Part shown: positions 1-8,217 of the stretch, piece by piece
Numbering within the stretch: position 1 is the first letter of the stretch
Layout: each line of letters starts with the position of its first letter
DNA from: an uncultured virus (IMG/VR IMGVR_UViG_3300037189_025323)
Taxonomy: Duplodnaviria; Heunggongvirae; Uroviricota; Caudoviricetes
Virus record (IMG/VR): IMGVR_UViG_3300037189_025323
Location: 1 to 64,000 of that record
Length of the DNA stretch: 64,000 nt
Strand: one strand, 5' to 3'
Notes under the pieces: model-generated
Database searches by the model: none
What the model was told of the DNA's origin: nothing
The model's input: only the letters and a program-made list of their open reading frames with translations
Translations under genes and position numbers: made by a program

Positions 1-673
1 TAAGAATATTCTTGGTTTCCATTAAAAACCTTTTCCAGTCTATTTTTGACTCTATCTCAGGAAAATGATTTAACTTCCCAACCTTCCACAACGAAACATA
101 AGGCTTCAAAGCAATCATAACCTCAAAAGCCTCTTCCGTATCAACAACTGGCTCAATCGAAACCCAAGTGAAAATCCCCAAATCACTTGCCTTCTTCACC
201 GCATCCATACGACTCTGAATGGAAGGAGCACCGGGTTCCCACTGCTCTCTCAATTTCTCCGATACAAAAATAATTGTACTTCCAAATTTCCAATTGTTCC
301 TCACAAAATAATGAAAGTGCTTTGCAAGACGAAATCCAGCCTTCGTCAAAACCTGAATCTTTAACTTGTTTTCTTCACAAATAGGAAGAATCTCCCCCAT
401 CAAAGAAGCCGTCTCTTCAGACTGATACATGTCTGATTTGAAACTGAACAAAATTTCCTTCTCTTCTCCCCGATGCTTAACCGCTTCCTTCTTGAAGCTA
501 TCAACCAATCCATCCCTAATCTTCAAATCAGAAGCCCAATCCTCAGGAGAAACTCCTGAAGTCTTCGGACAATAACAATACTTACACTTGTGCTCACAAC
601 CCTCAATCAGATCACAAGCCAACTGACTATACTCCAAAGCCCTACCCTTAGGCACATAAATCATTTTCTTCAT
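1..673 (-). CDS. Radical SAM protein (SPL-like), 3' end runs off the window
   Basis: Not in the ORF track. ATG at 673 reads MKKMIYVPKGRALEYSQLACDLIEGCEHKCKYCYVP with a CxxxCxxC motif. GGTATAAT lies upstream. Confidence 0.8.
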   Translation of the reverse strand, partial: MKKMIYVPKGRALEYSQLACDLIEGCEHKCKYCYCPKTSGVSPEDWASDLKIRDGLVDSFKKEAVKHRGEEKEILFSFKSDMYQSEETASLMGEILPICEENKLKIQVLTKAGFRLAKHFHYFVRNNWKFGSTIIFVSEKLREQWEPGAPSIQSRMDAVKKASDLGIFTWVSIEPVVDTEEAFEVMIALKPYVSLWKVGKLNHFPEIESKIDWKRFLMETKNIL

Positions 674-739
674 TAACAACCATTCCCTTTCTGTCTCTTA
701 TTACTAAAATCCTTCAAAAATCCAAACATCTTCACATTT

Positions 740-747
740 ATTATACC
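740..747 (-). promoter_or_regulatory. GGTATAAT -10-type promoter element
   Basis: Intergenic, upstream of the radical SAM gene. The same octamer recurs upstream of other genes. Confidence 0.55.
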
Positions 748-762
748 GCCCAATTTGGCTTT

Positions 763-808
763 TAAACAAAAGGGCTAGAGTCAGGAAACCCCAACTCTAA
801 CCCTTTAT
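763..808 (-). terminator. Rho-independent terminator
   Basis: AAGGGTTAGAGT...ACTCTAGCCCTT stem followed by a T tract, directly after the lipoprotein stop. Confidence 0.7.
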
Positions 809-828
809 GCTCGAATAATAAGCCAACC

Positions 829-1311
829 TTAAGGCTTCACAGCCTCATTCGCCTTCACCATCTTCAGCTTCATCCCGTCCTTATACTTCCCAGCCCCGTA
901 AACAGCACCGTCCTCCAAGAAGGACAGAAGAACGTCCTTAACCTCAGGAGGAATCTGCTCAGCCTTACCCAAGCCAAGAGGAACAGCCGAATTCAACTTA
1001 TTAACAAACTTTCCAAACTGAGGACTCTTAGCCGTAAGATCCGCAACCTTGGCATTGAAAGCAGCAACGGTAACGTCCCCTCCCTTCAAGAAGGCAATAA
1101 GGGCATCACAAAGCCGAACAGCATCAACCTTGTCAACACCCTGATCCAGTGCCATTGTCATGGCAACGTCACCACCAGAACGAGCCAGAGACATCTGAAG
1201 GTTATAAGTCCAAACCTTATTGCTTGTCTCTCCCGTACTCCCACCGGTTGTCGCACAACCAGCACCAAACAACGCCAGAACCAGAGCACCCATGACCATG
1301 AACATTCTCAT
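829..1311 (-). CDS. Putative lipoprotein
   Basis: Likely start MRMFMV at 1311 with GGAG SD. Hydrophobic signal ends in the lipobox-like FGAGC. Confidence 0.7.
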   Translation of the reverse strand: MRMFMVMGALVLALFGAGCATTGGSTGETSNKVWTYNLQMSLARSGGDVAMTMALDQGVDKVDAVRLCDALIAFLKGGDVTVAAFNAKVADLTAKSPQFGKFVNKLNSAVPLGLGKAEQIPPEVKDVLLSFLEDGAVYGAGKYKDGMKLKMVKANEAVKP

Positions 1312-1340
1312 CTTACTCTCCTTTGTTTTACTGCTACCCC

Positions 1341-4300
1341 TCACGAACACTTTGAATAACCGCAATTCTTACAAGAAGCACAACCATTCTCATACACCAT
1401 GTCCCCACTGCACTCCTTACACTTCTCCTTTAATTGAACACCATCCAAAACATAATTCTTCAAAACACGACGAACCCCAGACTCAAAAGTGAACATCGAA
1501 TCCTCTTGAGGAACTTTCTTCAACTGCTCAATGATATCCTGAATACGCATCCCATGGCGCAATAAAGCAGAAATCAATCGAGTAGGAGTCCCCATCTCAG
1601 CAGGGAAAAGACTGGCAATGTCATCAATCTTCTGATAATCCTCATTGGTCTTATCAAGAGACCCGAGAACTACAGAATACTGACAACAACCCTTCTCCTT
1701 CCTCTCCTTAAGAATCCAAACATTCTTCGTCTCATTGCTCTTAATGTATTTCTTCGGCAAAGTAATAAACTCTTCCTTGCCTCCGAAAATCTCATATGGC
1801 TTCCCATTAAACAAACCCACAAAGAAAATCCACTTTGCTCCCTTTAGATTGTAAGAATAAACATGAACAGGTAAAGATTCAGGACGCTTAGGAGCAGGAG
1901 TAACCGAAATCTCTAAGGGTCTCCCTTCCTTATCCACACCCTTCTTCTCTGCCTGAACCTCTTCTGAAATCAAAACACCATCCCGACAACCATCCCGATA
2001 AACAGTCAACCCCTTACACCCAGCTTTCCAGCCCTCAAGATAAATTGCCGAAATCACTTCCTCAGTAGTATCCTTGGGCAAATTAATCGTTGAACTAATG
2101 CTGTGCGTAATGTACTTCTGAATAATTCCCTGGATTTTAATCCGATTGCTCCAAGAAATCTCAGAAGAGTCACAACCATAATATGGACTCTCCTTAACGT
2201 CTGTCTTCCCTGTAACCTCCATCCACTTCTTCAAACCCTCATGAAACACCTCAAAGGAAATCCACTTGTTCCCATCGGTATCAATATCATCAGGCTTAAT
2301 GCCCTTCTTCTCCTCTTCAAAAGAAAGCTTCTTCCGTCTCTGATAAGACCTTCTGAACACCGGCTCAATCCCACTACTAGTCTGAGTACAGCAAGAAAGA
2401 CTCCCAACCGGAGCACAAGTAGTAGAAGAAATATTCCTTCTTCCATTAAGCCTAACCAATTCCTGAACATCAGTAGGAAGAATTTTAATGTAATGACAAT
2501 CCTTTTCCTTCTCCCAATTCCAACACTCAAAAGCACCACGCTCTTTAGCCAAAATCGCCTGCTCCCGGAAATTCTCAGCATGGAAAATGCTGAACAGATT
2601 ATCAATGAATTTCATAGACTCATCAGAATCATACTTGATCCCAATCATAGCAAGCATATCAGCAAGACCCGTTACACCCAAACCAACCCGCCTGCCCTTC
2701 TTTAAGTAATGAATGACATTCTTCCACAGATTCATCTCAACCTGCTTAATGGAATCAGACTCCTTATCATTCTTTATCTTCTCAAGAATTTTCTCGTTCT
2801 TCTCAATCTCAAGATCAACCAAGTCATCAATCAAACGAGTCGCCTTTCGGACAACATCCCCAAACTCATCAAAGTCAAACTTAGCCGATTTCTTAAACAT
2901 ATCCTTCACAAAGCCAACCAAATTCAAAGCCATCAAAAGACAAGAATTATTCATGCTCATAAGAATCTCACCGCATGGATTACTACAAATAGTAGCAAAA
3001 CCATCGGAAGCATAACAATCAGAAATGGACTGGCGGATAACAGTATCCCAAAAGAAACACCCTGGCTCAGCAGAAGCATGAGCCGATCTAACAAACTCAG
3101 TCCAAATCTCCTTAGCCTTGACAGTCTCCCTAAAAATCGCATCTTCAGGTTTACTATCAACAGGAAATCTTAAAACAACTTCCCCATCATTCTCAACAGC
3201 CTTTAAAAATTCATCTGTCCATTTTACCGAAATGTTTGCACCAGTTACCTTCTTCCTATCCCTCTTTACTGTAATGAAAGTCCCAATCTGAGGATGCAAA
3301 CAATGGCATCCAAGAAGCAATGCACCCCTACGTCCATTCTGTGCAACCTCATGAGTCGTATTACTGAACCTCTTCATGAAGACTTCAATACCATCAGTCG
3401 TAATAGCAGCATTGTTTACTGGCAAATTCTTTGGGCGAATAGTACTAATATCAGTACCAACTCCCCCACGCCGCTTCATGATCTGAACCAACTCTTGATC
3501 TGTCTTTAAAATTCCTCCATAGCTGTCCTCCGGAGATTCCACAACAAAACAGTTCTTGCAGACAACACCATTTACCACATAGGAATGGTCATTGTCAACC
3601 CCGATATTGTAGACTCTTTCATCTGAGCCATTATATAATGCCTTTTTGTCAATCCTCGCAAAGAGTCTACCATCAATTTCAATAAGGTCCTTTGCCGGAG
3701 AAAGAGCCTTGTTAAAACCATTCTCAACCCTCTTATCCTCATAAGACTTAAGAGAGTTTTCAGCAAAGATATTAGAGCATGGAAAGTTAATCTGAGAAAT
3801 TTTGGAACCCATTGGGCGAAGACCAGCAGGAATACCAAAAGAACGACAAAGGTAATAGAAACTCTTCACCAATTCAGTATTGGCTAAAGTGACATAAATC
3901 CCACCATCCTTGGTAATGGTCCCATCTGAATCAATCAAACCCTGAATCAGCTTCTTAACTAAAACTCCATCCCACTCATAGATGTCAGAAGGAAGCCTTT
4001 TCCCATCACAATACCGACCAAAAAGACTTTCAAAGGCATATCCAATAACAGCACTATGAAAAGTAATTTGTGTAGTATTGGAAGCATTGCTGTTATTGAT
4101 ATTTCCAACGATACCAAAACACTTTTCCCCAAACTCTGATACAAACTTAATTAGCTTATCCTCGTGAGTCCCAAAAGTGAAAGTGATTCCCCGAATCCGG
4201 TTCTTACTCTTCTTTATAGGATTATCACAAACCTTATCCTTCCTGGATTTCCGCTCTCTCTTCCCAAGGTTTCTTTTGGTGTTCTGACTAAAGACACAAC

Positions 4301-5147
4301 CATCCCCGAACCACAACCCAAGAAAATAAGAAAAGTCTTCATCAACAATCCAATTTGTCTTCACTGGATTATGTTGTTTCCTACAAGTCGTACCAGCATT
4401 GTCCCACTTTGATGTAAAAGAAGTCTCCTTCTTCTTTTCATCATGAGCAACGTCATAAGCACAACCTTCAATCTCTATACATGCCAAACTGAAAATATCC
4501 CGAAGATCAATCTCAAAGCCAATCTTTCCGGCATCTGTCCTCTTAGGAAGAGCAATGTAGTCTCCCACCCGAAGGTATTCGGTTGCATTGTATTTGGGCT
4601 TCAAACCAAAAGCAATCTGCTCCTTACTAATAGAAAAGAACTCGTGATTGCCAGTACAAGCAAAACCCGGTGTTTTAAAACACTTCAATTCATACAATTG
4701 CCGTCCATCAAGAGGACTATTGTGCAACTGAGAAACCTTCTCCCAAGTCCCGCCATTCGTTAGGACAAAATCACCAATCTTAACATCCTCAATTTTTTTC
4801 TGACCATCCCTTGTTAGAACCTCTGTTCCCTTAACAAAACAATTTCCGAGGGACATCAACTTCTCATTGTTCCCAATCCCATACAAAGGAGAACCCTGAG
4901 GAAGAACACGCCTAAACCCATTCATCAATCCATAAATTTCATCAAAAGGCAAAGGATTCACATATTTATCCTCTGTCCTCTTAAACTCAGGAACAATCCG
5001 ATTCCTGAACATGTCATCAGGATCTTTTTCTAGAAAATCCCCATTTGAATCCTTTAACAAATACTTTGAAACAATAACAGATGCAGCCAACTCATCACCA
5101 TCAAAATATTTAGTGCAATTAGCCAAAACATCTTCATACTTATACAT
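1341..5147 (-). CDS. nrdJ: Class II (adenosylcobalamin-dependent) ribonucleotide reductase, intein-containing
   Basis: PQGSP, NCFV, RGGVG, NPCGE, CAPVG and YRDG motifs. C-terminal TSCPD-like domain with a zinc ribbon (CKEC...CKNCGYSKC). Confidence 0.9.
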   Translation of the reverse strand: MYKYEDVLANCTKYFDGDELAASVIVSKYLLKDSNGDFLEKDPDDMFRNRIVPEFKRTEDKYVNPLPFDEIYGLMNGFRRVLPQGSPLYGIGNNEKLMSLGNCFVKGTEVLTRDGQKKIEDVKIGDFVLTNGGTWEKVSQLHNSPLDGRQLYELKCFKTPGFACTGNHEFFSISKEQIAFGLKPKYNATEYLRVGDYIALPKRTDAGKIGFEIDLRDIFSLACIEIEGCAYDVAHDEKKKETSFTSKWDNAGTTCRKQHNPVKTNWIVDEDFSYFLGLWFGDGCVFSQNTKRNLGKRERKSRKDKVCDNPIKKSKNRIRGITFTFGTHEDKLIKFVSEFGEKCFGIVGNINNSNASNTTQITFHSAVIGYAFESLFGRYCDGKRLPSDIYEWDGVLVKKLIQGLIDSDGTITKDGGIYVTLANTELVKSFYYLCRSFGIPAGLRPMGSKISQINFPCSNIFAENSLKSYEDKRVENGFNKALSPAKDLIEIDGRLFARIDKKALYNGSDERVYNIGVDNDHSYVVNGVVCKNCFVVESPEDSYGGILKTDQELVQIMKRRGGVGTDISTIRPKNLPVNNAAITTDGIEVFMKRFSNTTHEVAQNGRRGALLLGCHCLHPQIGTFITVKRDRKKVTGANISVKWTDEFLKAVENDGEVVLRFPVDSKPEDAIFRETVKAKEIWTEFVRSAHASAEPGCFFWDTVIRQSISDCYASDGFATICSNPCGEILMSMNNSCLLMALNLVGFVKDMFKKSAKFDFDEFGDVVRKATRLIDDLVDLEIEKNEKILEKIKNDKESDSIKQVEMNLWKNVIHYLKKGRRVGLGVTGLADMLAMIGIKYDSDESMKFIDNLFSIFHAENFREQAILAKERGAFECWNWEKEKDCHYIKILPTDVQELVRLNGRRNISSTTCAPVGSLSCCTQTSSGIEPVFRRSYQRRKKLSFEEEKKGIKPDDIDTDGNKWISFEVFHEGLKKWMEVTGKTDVKESPYYGCDSSEISWSNRIKIQGIIQKYITHSISSTINLPKDTTEEVISAIYLEGWKAGCKGLTVYRDGCRDGVLISEEVQAEKKGVDKEGRPLEISVTPAPKRPESLPVHVYSYNLKGAKWIFFVGLFNGKPYEIFGGKEEFITLPKKYIKSNETKNVWILKERKEKGCCQYSVVLGSLDKTNEDYQKIDDIASLFPAEMGTPTRLISALLRHGMRIQDIIEQLKKVPQEDSMFTFESGVRRVLKNYVLDGVQLKEKCKECSGDMVYENGCASCKNCGYSKCS
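3552..4841 (-). mobile_element. Intein (430 aa) with LAGLIDADG homing endonuclease in NrdJ
   Basis: Starts CFVKGTEVLT and ends HSYVVNGVVCKN before a +1 Cys. LAGLIDADG-type blocks FLGLWFGDG and LIQGLIDSDG. Confidence 0.92.
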
Positions 5148-5177
5148 GAAAACACTCTCCTCTAAACCACAAAAATC

Positions 5178-5447
5178 TCACTTCAACAAACTAACAATCT
5201 CTTCCTGATGATCAATAATATACTGAATATCATCAGAATTCATCCCAACCAATTTCTTTAGCTTAGTCCCACCCTTTTTCCCATGCCATACACGCCGCTT
5301 CTCCAATACGGGTCTTCCACTTCTCCTCCACACAATAGCCATCAAATCCATTGTGTTCTGATCATCAACCCGATCACTTCTAAATTGCTTCAAAATGTCA
5401 AAAGTATAATCACTCTCTGGATCTTTCCCACGAATTAACTTTGCCAT
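5178..5447 (-). CDS. Small protein, possibly PC4/YdbC-like ssDNA-binding
   Basis: The pattern LMAIVW..GRPVLEKRRVW...KLVGMNSDD resembles the PC4/YdbC family. Confidence 0.4.
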   Translation of the reverse strand: MAKLIRGKDPESDYTFDILKQFRSDRVDDQNTMDLMAIVWRRSGRPVLEKRRVWHGKKGGTKLKKLVGMNSDDIQYIIDHQEEIVSLLK

Positions 5448-5448
5448 G

Positions 5449-5943
5449 TTACACCTTCATTAATAATACTTGAGGAACTTCACAACCGCGATAATCAACA
5501 ATCACCTTCTTAACAAATTCAATTGGTGAACTTTCAAAGTCACCAAGCTCTTCATATACCCACCTTCTGACAATAATCTGTGAACACTCAAAACCAAGCT
5601 CACCAGCCTTCAAAATCATGGATTTCCCATTAGAAAAATTCAAAACCCCAGCCTGACATGCTACATAATCCATTCTCGTATATTCTAATGTGGTAAGCAT
5701 CTCTCTGTAAAAATCTGGAAATAAAATCGTACCACAAGAAACAAAATGAATGGCATCTATACTCGAATCAGTATGATTCCCAACCCTGCCTAGCTTCGTC
5801 TCAATTACAGGAAAACTAAAAACGTTGGCAAGATCAATTGAACACTTAGTTGCAACACGAATCCCCTCTGCACAGTCACAATTATCAAAATTAAGAATTT
5901 GAGTCGAAATCATTCTACATCCCTCTCTAATATTCTCAACCAA
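5449..5943 (-). CDS. Hypothetical protein, weak degenerate GT-A-like similarity
   Basis: Operonic ORF. IIVRRWVYEELGDF resembles a GT2 segment. Confidence 0.45.
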   Translation of the reverse strand: MVENIREGCRMISTQILNFDNCDCAEGIRVATKCSIDLANVFSFPVIETKLGRVGNHTDSSIDAIHFVSCGTILFPDFYREMLTTLEYTRMDYVACQAGVLNFSNGKSMILKAGELGFECSQIIVRRWVYEELGDFESSPIEFVKKVIVDYRGCEVPQVLLMKV

Positions 5944-5956
5944 ATATTCTGGCTGT

Positions 5957-6445
5957 TTATAAGCTTATGGCTCTTTTTTGAGCAGCTTCCGATTCCTTCC
6001 TCACCCTCATCTCTTCCCGGCGCTTAGAAGCCCTTTTCTGAGCCTTCTGCTTCCAATCCTTTACCTTCTCATTCTTCTTCTTCTCATTCCTATACTTCTC
6101 TTCTGCAAACTGATCCTTAACCATCGAACCATTACCTTTTACGTCCCGATATACATCCTCAATCGTATTCCCACCCAAAGGAGTAAAATTCTCAATCCCA
6201 TGATGAACCTTCAAATCAGCACGGATATCCCCCTCCTTCTTCATCTGATCCAATACCCGTTCCTTAGCCAAACCTCCCCCAATCGAAAAATTACAAGCAC
6301 GTATAAGCTTGCTCATGGATTCACCACAAGAACAAGTTATTACAGGAGAATCTTTCATGGGGTGAGAAACTTCCCGGATGGTATTGCATCTGGAACAACG
6401 ATAATCATAATTCGCCATACAATCACTATTCCTTGATACTACCAA
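5957..6445 (-). CDS. FmdB-family zinc-ribbon protein
   Basis: MANYDYRCSRC...HPMKDSPVITCSCG followed by a basic coiled-coil tail. Confidence 0.75.
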   Translation of the reverse strand: MVVSRNSDCMANYDYRCSRCNTIREVSHPMKDSPVITCSCGESMSKLIRACNFSIGGGLAKERVLDQMKKEGDIRADLKVHHGIENFTPLGGNTIEDVYRDVKGNGSMVKDQFAEEKYRNEKKKNEKVKDWKQKAQKRASKRREEMRVRKESEAAQKRAISL

Positions 6446-6448
6446 ATC

Positions 6449-6736
6449 TTACTTATTTATATGCCGCTTGAGAATGCTATCATCACATTCTGTAAATGCC
6501 CACGTCCCTATGTCAGCCATAGCGTCCTCAGCTTTAATATCCTTCTTTTGGAAATGAGAGCAAACCTTTATTCCCATACACCTCAAGTCAACCAAAGAAA
6601 ATGTCAATAACTTCTTTTTATTGACAACAAAAGAATATTGAAGTGCTTTTGCTTCTGAAACAATTTGTGGCTCGTGCCTACACAACTCATCCCATACCGA
6701 TATTACCCTAGAGCATAACACTTGCTTTTGAGTCAT
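6449..6736 (-). CDS. Hypothetical protein
   Basis: Operonic ORF on the coding strand. Confidence 0.6.
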   Translation of the reverse strand: MTQKQVLCSRVISVWDELCRHEPQIVSEAKALQYSFVVNKKKLLTFSLVDLRCMGIKVCSHFQKKDIKAEDAMADIGTWAFTECDDSILKRHINK

Positions 6737-6768
6737 AACACCCTAAACCTTTATTGACGAGATTAACC

Positions 6769-7698
6769 TTAACGCAATTCCAAAACATAAGAAGCCAATC
6801 TTTGACGAAATGCCTCATATGCCAAAAACTCCGCAACCTTAAGATGCTGCTTCAACTTCGGAGAAAGATGAATCTTCTCCTCTTTCTCAAAGAAATCAAC
6901 AATCGCCTTCACCAAGTCACGCCAACGTAAATTAATCAAACTCCTACCAGAAGGCAAACCCAATTTCTCTAACTTCGGCTGAAGAGGAATCTCTACATCT
7001 TGACGGAAATTAACCTCATCAGCACCCTTCTTCTCAGCAGCATCCATCCATGCCTCGTAAACCTGCATCGTCACATCATTATCCCCAAACCGATTTTCTA
7101 TATAAGTGTCCAAATCTTCCTTTAAGTCTTTCATCAACTGATCATCAAGATTAGTTGTGCTTCTCGGAGCCTGAATCCTCTCCAATACATTAGTCTCCCC
7201 ACCCTCATCATTCGTAGTATTATCACTACGATATCCAATCCCCCACTCAGGAGAAGATTTCATTATATTACGAAATGCATTTAATACCTCATTGTGTAAA
7301 ATGCTTTTCCAATAAGCAGCAAATGCCTTCGGACCACCCTTGATATTAAAACTTTCAATTGACCTACGATACCTACCACCAGTAATAAAACCCTCAACAA
7401 TCCTAGACTCAACCTCAGCCAATTCATTCTTAAAAATAGGAAACTTCATTGCCCCATATTGCAATGACTTATTCGCAATGTTCCGCCACAACTTGGAATC
7501 AGCTTCTTTCTTATCTGCATAATGCTTCCACAAACCAAGAAGCTCTTCCAATTCAGCCTTATCCCCCTCATTACCCTCCCTCTTCAACAAGTCCTCAGTA
7601 AGCGGAATGAAATCCTCAGTGATAATCCCAATAGCAATTTCACCAAGCTCAGCCCCAGGTTGAAGAGCAATACGTAAAGCAGCAAAAATATTAAACAT
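6769..7698 (-). CDS. Hypothetical protein with sigma70 region-2-like segment
   Basis: SIESFNIKGGPKAFAAYWKSILHNEVLNAFR resembles sigma region 2.3-2.4, and there is a possible C-terminal HTH. Confidence 0.5.
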   Translation of the reverse strand: MFNIFAALRIALQPGAELGEIAIGIITEDFIPLTEDLLKREGNEGDKAELEELLGLWKHYADKKEADSKLWRNIANKSLQYGAMKFPIFKNELAEVESRIVEGFITGGRYRRSIESFNIKGGPKAFAAYWKSILHNEVLNAFRNIMKSSPEWGIGYRSDNTTNDEGGETNVLERIQAPRSTTNLDDQLMKDLKEDLDTYIENRFGDNDVTMQVYEAWMDAAEKKGADEVNFRQDVEIPLQPKLEKLGLPSGRSLINLRWRDLVKAIVDFFEKEEKIHLSPKLKQHLKVAEFLAYEAFRQRLASYVLELR

Positions 7699-7719
7699 GA
7701 CTTACTCCTAATCTTTCCT

Positions 7720-7744
7720 TTTATAGAAAGACCTAGATATAAAA
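7720..7744 (-). promoter_or_regulatory. TTTTATAT-N11-TATAAA candidate phage (late?) promoter
   Basis: The same bipartite motif with the same spacing occurs at 18313-18337. Confidence 0.45.
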
Positions 7745-7750
7745 TAAATC

Positions 7751-8203
7751 TTACTGACCTGACTCTTTTCTTTCAAAGCCACGAGTGTAATACCCAAGAA
7801 CAAATCTTAAATCACGATTGCTTTTGTATTTAGCAACATCCTCCGGACCAATCTCATCCGTAAACACCAAACCAGACCTACCAGAACCATCACCAAATGA
7901 TTCTTTACTCAAAATAGTCACATTCCTCTGATTCAGCCGCCTCTTAATATAGTCAACCATTTCTTTATTCACCGTTACCAGAAAAATAGAAACGTCACTA
8001 TCCTCAAACTTCTTTACACATTCAATAACCCTGGTTGTCTTCCCCCATCGCCTAACCCGCTCATGTAAACCAATATCAGAAATATCTAAACCATGAAGAA
8101 TAGAAAAATTACAGCTATCAGGAACCTCTTCCTTCGGAAAAAAACTCCGACACTTCTTGCAACCATTCTCTACACAGATCCACGGCTTCTGCTTCGGATT
8201 CAT
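7751..8203 (-). CDS. Hypothetical protein, Cys-rich N-terminus
   Basis: Operonic ORF. Confidence 0.6.
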   Translation of the reverse strand: MNPKQKPWICVENGCKKCRSFFPKEEVPDSCNFSILHGLDISDIGLHERVRRWGKTTRVIECVKKFEDSDVSIFLVTVNKEMVDYIKRRLNQRNVTILSKESFGDGSGRSGLVFTDEIGPEDVAKYKSNRDLRFVLGYYTRGFERKESGQ

Positions 8204-8217
8204 TCTCTTTTTCTTTC

